This document shows positions 36,427 through 45,579 of a stretch of 64,000 nt of DNA, piece after piece (within the stretch, counting starts at the first letter, position 1; each line of letters starts with the position of its first letter). Under the pieces are notes generated by a model that ran no database searches, was not told the DNA's origin, and saw only the letters and a list, made by a program, of their open reading frames with translations. Made by a program: the position numbers and the translations under genes. This DNA comes from Allosphingosinicella sp. (GTDB lineage Bacteria > Pseudomonadota > Alphaproteobacteria > Sphingomonadales > Sphingomonadaceae): positions 1,988 through 65,987 of the forward strand of contig JBAWCC010000047.1 of the NCBI GenBank assembly GCA_049590095.1, in the 5' to 3' direction.

Positions 36427-36455
36427 CTGCGTGATCGGGCTCGGCCTCCCCCCCC

Positions 36456-38261
36456 TCACCGCCAATTTCCGATCACCACGAACACGCCCCAATTGGCCGG
36501 GTAGCTTAGATCATTGGACTGACGCCGCGTCGTCTCGGTGCCCGCATAAGCAAGCTGCACTCGCCTCAGCGCCTGAGCCGCGGATTGCGCGGAGTCCGAA
36601 TCGTAATAGAGGCTCAGGAAGTCGGAATTCCTGTCCAGCTTGCTGTTGAAATAGCTGCTTGCTGTCTTGGCTTGTACCGGCGCGAGGGCCCCCACCGTAC
36701 TCAAGGCCCCGCCCCGCAGCGCCGCGCCGGCGAGGCCAAGGTCCCCGGCGCCTCCGACCGCACCCTCGCAAGCGAGGAAAATCAGCAGATCCAGGCCGCG
36801 AGACTTGCGCCGCCCCTCGCGCAACCATTCCTCGATCCGGCTCACCGGCATCCTGATCGACCCCGAGCCGGTTTCCGGATGAATCTGAAAATAACTGGTA
36901 CCGGGCAGATATTGCGCATGAGTAGCGAGCAACAGGGTCGAAAAATCGCCTCGCCTCAACGCCGTCTGCAATCCCTCGCGCGTGAACGGCCTCAGCCGTA
37001 CGGAGCCCACCTCGTCCCCCGCCGGAAGGGAAGCGATGGCGAGACCGGCCGAGCCGGAAAGTGCGGGCTCGACGATCCAAGGCGAAATATCCTCTTCTTT
37101 GGAGACCGCTGGCACGAAGCCGGAAAGGGCGGCTATTCCCAAGCCGCCGAGCATCAAGCCGCCGCGTACTCCCGGTCTCGGCGAGGGTCGAACATAAGCG
37201 AGGCCGGGACCCACGGCGATCGCGACCCGCCGGACAAGGTAGTCGGGCTCGCCGGAAGGGAGATCCGGTTTGCCGTGAAGGAGGGCCCAGGGAACATTTC
37301 GAAGCACAGGATCGGGAAAGAATATCAGGGTGGGGACCTTCTCTACCTCCGCTCCGGTCGAGTCCGTCCTGGGTGGGTCCGGCGGAATGAAACGCCGATT
37401 CAAAGGCTGGATGAGCAGTTCATAGAGGTTGTGCGCATCTGCCGAACCCCAGTCGGCTCGTGGACCGCTCAAGGTCGGATTGGAAAATTCGCGTGCGGCG
37501 AGAGGGAGACGCAGGAACAACTGTTTGGCGATGGGGGAAAGTATCGAGGCGCCGCTACCCTCACCCGCTCCCAGCAGCGTCCAGCCGTCTCCGGCTGTGG
37601 CCCTTCCTGCCCTGTCCGGTTTTCTCCCGACCAGCAAATAGGTGCGGCGGCTGCCGACGATCGGATAGACGATCGTCTCTCCGTCCAGCAGATGCTTGGG
37701 CGCCAGGGAGACCTGGAGCGGTTCGCACGAATCCGCGAGAACGAGGTCGATCTGCGCGCGCCGCGCCGTCTCGCCGAGATCGAGCAGCGAGGCGATCAGC
37801 CGCCGGTCCGTCGGTGTGGAACCGTCGGCGACCCGCTCGTAGGCGAGAGCGTCGGCGGCGGCCTGGAAAATCGGCAGAAGGCGAAGGGTGAACAGGTCGG
37901 CGTCGCGGCCGGCCGAATCCGCCGACCTCGTCCCCCGATCCTGCGCGAGCACGAGCTTGACGGTCTCGAACGCCTTGAGGACATGTCGCGGGTTCGGCTT
38001 CCCGCCCTCACCACCGAGCTCGGCCAGCTTCATCCAGGCCTGCGCCGTCGCGTAGGTCGGCCCGTCGTTCGCCGCTTGGGCCAGCAGGCGCTCGCATTGC
38101 AACTGACTCGCGCAGACACTCGCGGCAGGCGTTGCGGACGCTTGGCCAAGCGCTAGGTCTGCCTGCCCCGGCGCGGCGACGGCCGCGGGCCAACAGAGCC
38201 CCGACCCTGTCGCGGCAAGCAGAAGCGACAAGACTAGCTTCAGTTTCCCACCAAGTACCAC
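36456..38261 (-). CDS. secreted CHAT-domain (caspase-like) protease
   Basis: Signal peptide (KLKLVLSLLLAATGSGLCWPAAVAAP). C-terminal CHAT-type dyad context with His in FSTLLLATHAQ and Cys in LDLLIFLACEGA. First gene of the operon; GTG start. Confidence 0.7.
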   Translation of the reverse strand: MVLGGKLKLVLSLLLAATGSGLCWPAAVAAPGQADLALGQASATPAASVCASQLQCERLLAQAANDGPTYATAQAWMKLAELGGEGGKPNPRHVLKAFETVKLVLAQDRGTRSADSAGRDADLFTLRLLPIFQAAADALAYERVADGSTPTDRRLIASLLDLGETARRAQIDLVLADSCEPLQVSLAPKHLLDGETIVYPIVGSRRTYLLVGRKPDRAGRATAGDGWTLLGAGEGSGASILSPIAKQLFLRLPLAAREFSNPTLSGPRADWGSADAHNLYELLIQPLNRRFIPPDPPRTDSTGAEVEKVPTLIFFPDPVLRNVPWALLHGKPDLPSGEPDYLVRRVAIAVGPGLAYVRPSPRPGVRGGLMLGGLGIAALSGFVPAVSKEEDISPWIVEPALSGSAGLAIASLPAGDEVGSVRLRPFTREGLQTALRRGDFSTLLLATHAQYLPGTSYFQIHPETGSGSIRMPVSRIEEWLREGRRKSRGLDLLIFLACEGAVGGAGDLGLAGAALRGGALSTVGALAPVQAKTASSYFNSKLDRNSDFLSLYYDSDSAQSAAQALRRVQLAYAGTETTRRQSNDLSYPANWGVFVVIGNWR

Positions 38262-38418
38262 GATCGACGCCCCAAATTCGATTCGCCCCCGCTAATAGTA
38301 AACGTAAGTGCGCCTTTGGAAAGCCTGTTGAGCCTCCTTTCGATTCACTCAATCACTATGTCGTTGCGATTGCGGCGGAAGCGCCGAAAGGTTCCTTGGC
38401 CATAGAACCGGAACGCTG

Positions 38419-38690
38419 GCAACAGCTGGTACAAAACAGTAGTACAAGTAGCCACAAACGACGGACTCGCCAGCGCGGCTAAGCCACTGGTTTCAATCGC
38501 CAAAAGCGGCTCCTCCTGTAGAGGTCACCTAACCACTTTAGCCATCCAGATGAGTGTCGTGTCCGCAGGAAGTGGCCGGGCGGCAGGATTCGCAGTCGGT
38601 TTTTCCGTGGGCTAAGTCATTGGTTTTATTGACGCAAAAAACGCGATTTACGCCGCAGATGTACAGCGAATTGGCACAATTCTTCAAGCC
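38419..38690 (+). repeat. Copy D of the dispersed intergenic element (long form)
   Basis: GCAACAGCTGGTACAAAAC.., CTCCTCCT at 38510-38517, hairpin plus TTTTT (~38575-38604), and core ..TTGACGCAAAAAACGCGATTTACGCCGCAGATGTACAGCGAATTGGCACAATTCTTCAAGCC. Confidence 0.85.
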
Positions 38691-38825
38691 GAAATGTGAG
38701 CACCTGAGGGACCAACGATGCATCGCTGCTGGCGGTGAATCAGGACCCGTCCGGCGATAGGACCCGAGCTAACGAGCCTCACAGCTGGCGCTCGTCTCCC
38801 AGGCATTTCGTCACGCGGACGCACG

Positions 38826-39413
38826 TCAGCCAGGAGCGCCCTGATAAGCCCCGTATGCTTCAACGGCGGCGGCCACTGCCTCGGCCCGCTTGCCGTTATG
38901 CAACAAACGACGGTGGGGGATGTATCGGTCGACAACGCCTGCCACTTTCGCCCCGGCAAGCCGCCGGAAGACCGTGTCGTCATCACGTCCCTCGCCGAGC
39001 GGCACGTCCGGATCGAGCACCGTCAGAAAGACCAGGTCATACTCCGCGGACCAGGCCCGACAGATACTCTCGAGCCGATTGAGACGGCCCGGCTCCAATT
39101 CCCGATCTGTGTGTTCTAACGCCGCAAGGAGATATCCGAGTGCATCGGGGACCGGGCGGTCGACGAGGATCACCTCGGCAGCCAGCGTCGCCTGGGTTTC
39201 AAGTTCAATCGCATGGGCCATCAACCAAGCCGTGCTTTCAAAGGTATGCTGGGAAAGAATCGGAAAGCCCAGCTCCCGTGCTTTGGCAGCGCTGTCGTGA
39301 ACGTACCTCACCACCACTCCGCGAGCTTCGAATTCGTTTTGAAGCACGCCTAGAAACGTCGACTTGCCCGTAGAGTGCGTGCCCGCGACGGCGATCCTAT
39401 AAGGCCGCATCAC
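38826..39413 (-). CDS. small P-loop ATPase (NadR/AAA_28-like)
   Basis: Walker A IAVAGTHSTGKSTF and Walker B-like VILVDR. The GTGATG start region overlaps the exonuclease stop. Confidence 0.65.
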   Translation of the reverse strand: MMRPYRIAVAGTHSTGKSTFLGVLQNEFEARGVVVRYVHDSAAKARELGFPILSQHTFESTAWLMAHAIELETQATLAAEVILVDRPVPDALGYLLAALEHTDRELEPGRLNRLESICRAWSAEYDLVFLTVLDPDVPLGEGRDDDTVFRRLAGAKVAGVVDRYIPHRRLLHNGKRAEAVAAAVEAYGAYQGAPG

Positions 39414-39991
39414 AACAACGACGGCTGCTCGCCGCGCCGAATGTCGGCTTCTGCCAACAATGCCGTCCGCCGCGGCTCGTCGAGCGGCGCAAGCAGGTGT
39501 CGCAATAATAGCGCTGAAAGAACGGCATCATAGGGAGCAGAATGTACCAAGGCGCCGGTGATCCGTGCGGCTTCAGCGTCCAGCTTCAAGGCTGATCCCA
39601 GGTGCTCGAGTCCGTACTTAGGCTGGTCGGGCAAAAGCCTGCGGGCGAGCTTTAAGGTATCGTAAGCTGCTGAGGGCTCCCACCCCTCCAAGGCATCCGT
39701 AAGAATGCCGAGCTCCACTCGCACATTATGACCGACGATCGGCTTGTCTTCGAGCCAAGTCAGGAGGTCGTCGACGACATCTTCGACTTCCGGCGCGTCC
39801 TCCACATCGCGATCCCAGATTCCGTGAATGCGGGACGCTATCGGCGAGATGCCGTTGCGTGGCCGTAGGCGCCAATGCTTGCGGTGTCCCGTCAGTTCGA
39901 GGCCGTCCATCTCAACGATAGCGAGCTCAACGATCTCAGGCGGTGACTTGCCGCTGCCTTCGACGTCGACGGCCCACATCCGCTCAGCCAT
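39410..39991 (-). CDS. DEDDh-type 3'-5' exonuclease (DnaQ-like)
   Basis: Exo I WAVDVEGSG, Exo II IVGHNVRVELGIL and Exo III HSAPYDAV. The ATG overlaps the radical-SAM stop by 1 nt. Confidence 0.7.
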   Translation of the reverse strand: MAERMWAVDVEGSGKSPPEIVELAIVEMDGLELTGHRKHWRLRPRNGISPIASRIHGIWDRDVEDAPEVEDVVDDLLTWLEDKPIVGHNVRVELGILTDALEGWEPSAAYDTLKLARRLLPDQPKYGLEHLGSALKLDAEAARITGALVHSAPYDAVLSALLLRHLLAPLDEPRRTALLAEADIRRGEQPSLL

Positions 39992-41124
39992 TACCAGCCC
40001 TCCTCTGCGCGTCCGTGGCGGCCGGGCAAGTGCGGCAGCTTCCGGTCGTGGACCTGATATCCCAGCGAATGTTGGACGAAATATCGCTGCTGCTCGTTGC
40101 TATCTTCCACAAGAATGCGCCCGTCACAAATTTCGATCCGCCGTTCGTCTAGTCCTGCCGTTCGCGCGAGGTCAGCGAGTGCGAGAGGAACGGGCGCGCG
40201 ATGGGCGCCGGCACAGAGTCTCAATTGCGCCGCAGGACAGATGTCACAGATATCCTTGACCCCGAAGTGACCGTTGTAGTCTGCAACGCCGTGAGCAAAC
40301 GCCACACCGCACGATGTCTTGCGGAACAGCGGGCCACCTGAAAATCGCTCCAGCACTCGAGCTTCGAGATCGCGCGGCAGGATTTTGCGCCGAGGCGCCT
40401 GCTCATATAGGTCCTCCACGCCCGCATCCCGCAGGTAGGCCCTGATCTCCTGCCGATGAAATAGCCCCGTGAACACCGTGGCGTCGGCCAGTCGCGAAAG
40501 TTCGCCCGCTCGGCGGATGTTCGCGTCACTGTCGTTAAGTCCCGCGATCAATGGCCTCCAATAGAGAATGCGCTTCGTTCGGCGCGCGTACTTCGCGAGG
40601 TGGGCAAGCGACTCCTCAGCCACTTCGCTATCGACCGGCTCAATCCGACGGTCTGTGATGCCCGACCAAGTGACCAGCACGGTGACACGCACATGCCTCA
40701 ACTGCTCGAGGCGGTAGATGTCATCGGAAGTTATCTTCCACCGGGTTATCACCAACACGTGATTAGTCAGCTCGCGCGCATCGAGGAGCTCGAGGGTTCG
40801 CATCAGATGGTCTTTGACGCGGGGCAAGAAAGGGTCGGTGGCCCGATTGAACAGTTGAACCGGAGTGGTATGAGGGCGGAACGCCCAATGGCCCGTCAGC
40901 TGCTCGACGGCATGTTCGTCGCTCATGACGAGATGCGGGCGCTTCATCTCGAAGTTGTCGAACAGGTGCCTCACACAGTAGCCACAATCGAGTGGGCAGC
41001 CCACCACGTGGTTGAGGCTTAGCCCGGACTTCCGGTATTCAACCACGTCCGCAAGTGACGCCGGAAGGTCGGCAGGAGCGGGGCGAAGCCGAGGGAAATA
41101 CTCGAGGCCGACGATCGCGTTCAC
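39991..41124 (-). CDS. radical SAM protein (SplB/COG1533-like layout)
   Basis: GTG start with AAGGAG 8 nt upstream. CxxxCxxC cluster motif VGCPLDCGYCVRH about 40 aa from the N-terminus. Confidence 0.7.
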   Translation of the reverse strand: MNAIVGLEYFPRLRPAPADLPASLADVVEYRKSGLSLNHVVGCPLDCGYCVRHLFDNFEMKRPHLVMSDEHAVEQLTGHWAFRPHTTPVQLFNRATDPFLPRVKDHLMRTLELLDARELTNHVLVITRWKITSDDIYRLEQLRHVRVTVLVTWSGITDRRIEPVDSEVAEESLAHLAKYARRTKRILYWRPLIAGLNDSDANIRRAGELSRLADATVFTGLFHRQEIRAYLRDAGVEDLYEQAPRRKILPRDLEARVLERFSGGPLFRKTSCGVAFAHGVADYNGHFGVKDICDICPAAQLRLCAGAHRAPVPLALADLARTAGLDERRIEICDGRILVEDSNEQQRYFVQHSLGYQVHDRKLPHLPGRHGRAEEGW

Positions 41125-41296
41125 TGAACAATCTCCTTAGCGGCTGGTCCGCTTTGTTGTGCCACTCTTAGCGAGCCTCTGGTCTACGGCACCAGGACCG
41201 TCGCTAGGGACTGTTATCTCCGCAACGAAGATACCCTGTCCGATGATCTGACGCGGAGATCAGTCTCCCTGGAGTCCCTTGATTCCGGCGCGAAGC

Positions 41297-41524
41297 CTAG
41301 AACACCGAGCGATGCGCTTCTGGCTCTCTGAGCTGGAGACGGCGCTTCAGGAAATCCAGCAGCGCTTGCCCCACTGCGGTCGGAGCAAGTTCATGGCCTT
41401 TACACTTTGGGCAGTTCAAGCTCGCCCGCATCTCGTACGGATCGGCTTTCGGAGAATCTCCCGTGCCGCCGCACGCATCGCAAGGCTTCTCAAGGGCCGG
41501 TAGCTCCCAGTCACTGCTGTCCAT
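41297..41524 (-). CDS. small zinc-ribbon protein (75 aa)
   Basis: Two CxxC pairs (CDACGGTG ... CPKC). ATG 41524 with a purine-rich stretch upstream. Confidence 0.45.
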   Translation of the reverse strand: MDSSDWELPALEKPCDACGGTGDSPKADPYEMRASLNCPKCKGHELAPTAVGQALLDFLKRRLQLREPEAHRSVF

Positions 41525-41670
41525 GCGCACCCCTTTCAATGGAGCGCGTCGCAAAATACGAGGCGCTGCTGCCTGTGTATGCGACCCCACGGGAAATGGC
41601 GACGGGCCCGCAACGAGCAGCGCGGATCAGCGACGCAAGGATCGGCCGCACTGTCCCTCACAAGCAGCGC

Positions 41671-42465
41671 CTATTCTGCGGGAAACACGAACATGGGCGG
41701 AAGCGGATGCTTGGCGGCGAACGCAGCCGCCATTGCGCTAAAGGGCGAGGAAGGATCTGCAGCGCGCTCGTAAAATTCTCTGCGGCGCGTGACCAATTCT
41801 CTCAGCTCTGGATGCGGGTCCTCGTTGTTCTGGACGATGAACGCGTGATAGTCGCGCAGCTTGGCGATCAGTTTGTCACGCGGCTTGTGCTCAAGCCGGT
41901 CGAGCCCAAGTACCTTTATTGTCGCTTTCCCCCTCGCGCTGATCCCGCGGGGCATCTCGTCGACAAACTCGATATGCTCGGTGGGGTCTTCCGCGTCCGG
42001 CTTGAGAAGCTGCGGCGCTTCGGCCGCGATGGCCCGATGATGGTTGCGGGCGCGGGCGGCTGGGTCATCAAGTGGAAACTGCGTGCCCTTGTTGCTGCTG
42101 TTGCAGAATTGGCACGCGAGCAGCAGGTTATCCCACGCATAAGCCAGCCAATAATAGCCCGGCGGGGATGCCTTGATTCCTCGCGCCTGCTTGAAGCTTC
42201 CCTTTGGACGCCAATGCTCCACATGCGCGACCGCGTAGGGCCTGGGTATGCGAACCTCGCAAAATGCGCACTTCCCATGATGCGACACGTCGAGCGCGTC
42301 CCTGACCGTCTTGTGCCCGTAAATGGAGTCCTTGATCGTCAGGGTCTTAAGACCGCCGTCATAGGCCGCCGGGTCCTTATCATAGGCTTCGCAAAGCTCC
42401 TGCGCGCCCTCGACGCCGAGCGTCAACAGAACTGCAGGCGCGTCCCCTTTGTCGATCCGGATCAT
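41671..42465 (-). CDS. ptuB: HNH endonuclease, Septu PtuB-like
   Basis: HNH core (GKCAFCE ... HVEHWRPK ... NLLLACQFCNSSNKG). Starts 5 nt downstream of an AAA ATPase gene, the gene pair typical of Septu. Confidence 0.55.
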   Translation of the reverse strand: MIRIDKGDAPAVLLTLGVEGAQELCEAYDKDPAAYDGGLKTLTIKDSIYGHKTVRDALDVSHHGKCAFCEVRIPRPYAVAHVEHWRPKGSFKQARGIKASPPGYYWLAYAWDNLLLACQFCNSSNKGTQFPLDDPAARARNHHRAIAAEAPQLLKPDAEDPTEHIEFVDEMPRGISARGKATIKVLGLDRLEHKPRDKLIAKLRDYHAFIVQNNEDPHPELRELVTRRREFYERAADPSSPFSAMAAAFAAKHPLPPMFVFPAE

Positions 42466-42470
42466 CCGCC

Positions 42471-43859
42471 TTAGCCTTGCGAGTCTTCCGCAGCTCCGGA
42501 CATGAGCTGCTCAATATCTGCTTCCATACTGACCGAGCCGCTTTGCACCGCGTGAGCGAACCGGCTTAGCTCGGTGAGGCGATCGCTCTCCGGCGGGGAC
42601 AGGTCGCCTTTCTGAATCAAGTCGCGCCGCTCCGCGAGCAGCGCCTCGAAACGCAAGGGCAGCGAGGTCTCAAGCTCGAAAGCGCCAGTCATGACCTCAT
42701 CGAGCCTAACCGCCGCCGCTGGAAACGGATCAGGCTTGATGACAGCATGGTCGCCTTCCCAGCGCACGATCGAGACGGGATCGCCCGCAGCGATGCTCTC
42801 CTGCGCGATCACGGGCGAGTGGGTCGACACGATGAACTGAATTCTGGGAAAATGCTTCAACAGCTGGTGGCGCAAGCTGCGTTGCCAAACCGGATGCAGA
42901 TGCAGCTCGACCTCGTCGACCAGCACGATCGCGCTCTCCCTAAATGGGTCTAGGCTGTCAGGAAATTTGGTGCGCAGTCTCCATGCAAGGTCGACTAGCC
43001 ATGCGACCGTCGTTTGAGCGCCGAGGCTCAGCTGAGCGAGAGGGGCGAAGCCGGACGGCGTCCTGACGCTTATTCCACTTCCCTCAAGCTTCAGATCCTC
43101 TGGCGAGAGCTTTGGGATCAAGGCGGCGATAGCTGCCAGCATGGAGTCGCGGAAACCTTCCCAGCGACCCTGCTCCTCTGCATTATCGGCACGCTTAGCG
43201 AGCAGCGCATTATAATCAATGCGATCAGGCACTTCATCAGGATCGACTAGCTTGATCTCCTCGTCGAACAAAGCTTCTGTCGGGTCAAGCTCCTCGAACG
43301 CGGACAGGTTGCCATGGCCTGCGTGCCGAAAGGCACTGTAGGCGATAACCAGCGGCCCATCTCCGGATAGCAGCCGCCTGGCGAGCTTGGGCTCCGCTGA
43401 TTCCAACTCTCCGCATCTTGTGACCACGTCATAGCCAAAGCTGAACGCCTCGCCTTGCTCGGAGACCATATCGACATAGAGGCCAGCGGTCATCGCATCG
43501 CCACGGCGAACAAGGCTTTCAATGCGGGCATTCTCATAGTCCGCCAACGCGGGCGCGATCGCGTCCGGAGGACCGGCTTCCTTGCCCGGCGCGCTAGCCT
43601 GCTCCGGCTGCTGCTCCGCCGGATCCTTCTTGAGGACCGGATCCTCGTTTAGGAAGGCGGACGCGGGCGTGCTGACCGTGGGCACGGGGCGCATCGCCGC
43701 CAAGGCTTGCAAAAGCGTGGTCTTGCCAACGCCGTTCTCGCCGATGATCACGCACCAGCGCGCCGGCTTGCCATCCTTGGAGAGGTCGAGAGTCTGCCGC
43801 CCGCTAAACGCCCGCACATTGGCCAGCGACAGGCCGAGATAGTGGATAGGGTCGGACAT
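42471..43859 (-). CDS. ptuA: AAA15/21-type ATPase, Septu PtuA-like
   Basis: ATG 43859 with GAGGAG RBS. Walker A CVIIGENGVGKTTLL and Walker B-like AIVLVDEVELHLHP. ABC/SMC-like layout. Confidence 0.55.
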   Translation of the reverse strand: MSDPIHYLGLSLANVRAFSGRQTLDLSKDGKPARWCVIIGENGVGKTTLLQALAAMRPVPTVSTPASAFLNEDPVLKKDPAEQQPEQASAPGKEAGPPDAIAPALADYENARIESLVRRGDAMTAGLYVDMVSEQGEAFSFGYDVVTRCGELESAEPKLARRLLSGDGPLVIAYSAFRHAGHGNLSAFEELDPTEALFDEEIKLVDPDEVPDRIDYNALLAKRADNAEEQGRWEGFRDSMLAAIAALIPKLSPEDLKLEGSGISVRTPSGFAPLAQLSLGAQTTVAWLVDLAWRLRTKFPDSLDPFRESAIVLVDEVELHLHPVWQRSLRHQLLKHFPRIQFIVSTHSPVIAQESIAAGDPVSIVRWEGDHAVIKPDPFPAAAVRLDEVMTGAFELETSLPLRFEALLAERRDLIQKGDLSPPESDRLTELSRFAHAVQSGSVSMEADIEQLMSGAAEDSQG

Positions 43860-44282
43860 CGGCTCCTCGGACGGCAGCAAGTGCGTCGTGCCTAGACGCA
43901 TCCATCGGCTCTGACCACGTTGATGTTGGGCTTGACGCCTCCGATCTGCCTTTCGATCGAACTTTTCGGTTTGTGTCGGGCAGTAGCAATTTTCAGTATT
44001 TATCGCTGAGATGTGTCAAATAATATGGCTAAGGCTTACATTCAGTCTCCATATGTTTTAAGATGAATTATCACGCATCCCCAGTCTTTCAGCCAAAATG
44101 TGCCTAGAGTTAATTTGGACAACGCAGCTATACTGCGACTGCGTTTGCTACATGCTGGAAGCTCGCCGTGATCGGCGTTTCGACGAGGGGCGAGGCACGC
44201 ACGACATGCCGTCGCATAGGCACTTACACGCGTCCGACGCGCATGATATGGGATTTACAGAATCCTGCCACGGAGAGACACA

Positions 44283-44438
44283 ATGGAAGCGACGCCGATC
44301 CCGGCTCCCAAAGACGTTGCCCCCGATCCGCTTGGAGTCGACAGCGTCGTGCTGGCGCGACTGCTCGAGGAGGTGCGCAACAACATGGCAAGCGCGCCGA
44401 CGGCGTACAATCGGATGCACAACCGCCATAACCGCTAG
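44283..44438 (+). CDS. RiPP precursor peptide (51 aa) with C-terminal YNR-M-HNR-HNR core; not in ORF track
   Basis: GGAGAG RBS 7 nt upstream of ATG 44283. Translation is MEATPIPAPKDVAPDPLGVDSVVLARLLEEVRNNMASAPTAYNRMHNRHNR. TAG 44436-44438 lies 4 nt before the rSAM/SPASM gene. The leader resembles Fxs-type leaders. Confidence 0.65.
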   Translation: MEATPIPAPKDVAPDPLGVDSVVLARLLEEVRNNMASAPTAYNRMHNRHNR

Positions 44439-44442
44439 CGGC

Positions 44443-45579
44443 GTGCTGAGCGGAAAACTTCCCTCGACGAAGATCGATACCGTGCTCGTCAAGCTTGCGA
44501 GCCGTTGCAATCTCGACTGCGATTATTGCTACGTCTACAATATGGGCGACGACGCTTGGAGGCGTCAACCTAAGCTCATGTCGCTCGAGCTGATTGACGC
44601 GCTTGGCCGAGGACTGGCGCGGCTGATCGTGGCACAGAACGCGCCCCTTAGCGTGGTCTTTCACGGCGGCGAGCCGCTGCTGATGGGGCCTGCTCGCTTT
44701 GAGGCGATCTGCGCTGCGATACGCGCGCACGTCGGCCCTGAGATAGGCCTGCACGTGCAAACCAATGGCGTGCTGCTGACGGACGGCGTGATAGATGTCT
44801 GCGAGCGCTATGACGTCGGCATCAGCATCAGCATCGATGGCCCGGCGCAAGTCCACGATCGCCACCGCGTCACCCGGACTGGGCGCGGCTCGCACGCGGC
44901 TGTGCTGGCGGCGATCGCGCGGCTCGCCGCCCATCGGGCCGGAGGCACGTTGTTCTCGGGCCTGCTGTGCGTGATCGATCTCGCAGCGGATCCCGCGGAG
45001 GTGTATCGGTTTTTGAAGGCGACCGGAGCGCCGAGCATCGACTTTCTGTACCGGGATGGAAACCACGATCAGCTGCCCGTTGGCAAAACGCATCGTGACT
45101 CCGCCGAATATGGTACCTGGATGGCCCAGCTCCTCGACGTCTACCTTGGCGATCCCGCACCCATTCGCGTTCGCGTCCTCGACGACATGCTTCGCCTCCT
45201 GCTTGGCGGGCATGCGGTGAAGGAAGGCATAGGCGAGAACGCTTTCGGGATCCTGGTGGTCGACACCGATGGCACGGTGGCTAAGAACGACACCCTTAAA
45301 TCGGCAGCGAGTGGTGACCGGTTCAGTGGCAGCTGGTCGGTGCAGGATGGCCTTGACGCGCTTGTCGCATCGGCTGAGTTCGCTGCCTATCATCGCTCAC
45401 AGAGTCCGAGCGCGGCCGCCTGCATCGCCTGTACGGATCTGGCCATTTGCGGCGGCGGTATGCCAACCCACCGCTGGAGCGCTGAGCGCGGCCTTGATAA
45501 TCCGTCGGTGTTCTGCGCCGATCAGAAGCTGCTGATCGGGCAGATGCGCGCACGGATAGGATGCCGAGACGCAGCATGA
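44443..45579 (+). CDS. radical SAM/SPASM peptide maturase (FxsB / three-residue-cyclophane-forming type)
   Basis: CxxxCxxC motif ASRCNLDCDYCYV and Cys-rich SPASM tail (ACIACTDLAICGGG ... VFCADQ). GTG 44443 is chosen because the upstream part of track ORF 44098.. overlaps the precursor. Confidence 0.75.
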   Translation: MLSGKLPSTKIDTVLVKLASRCNLDCDYCYVYNMGDDAWRRQPKLMSLELIDALGRGLARLIVAQNAPLSVVFHGGEPLLMGPARFEAICAAIRAHVGPEIGLHVQTNGVLLTDGVIDVCERYDVGISISIDGPAQVHDRHRVTRTGRGSHAAVLAAIARLAAHRAGGTLFSGLLCVIDLAADPAEVYRFLKATGAPSIDFLYRDGNHDQLPVGKTHRDSAEYGTWMAQLLDVYLGDPAPIRVRVLDDMLRLLLGGHAVKEGIGENAFGILVVDTDGTVAKNDTLKSAASGDRFSGSWSVQDGLDALVASAEFAAYHRSQSPSAAACIACTDLAICGGGMPTHRWSAERGLDNPSVFCADQKLLIGQMRARIGCRDAA

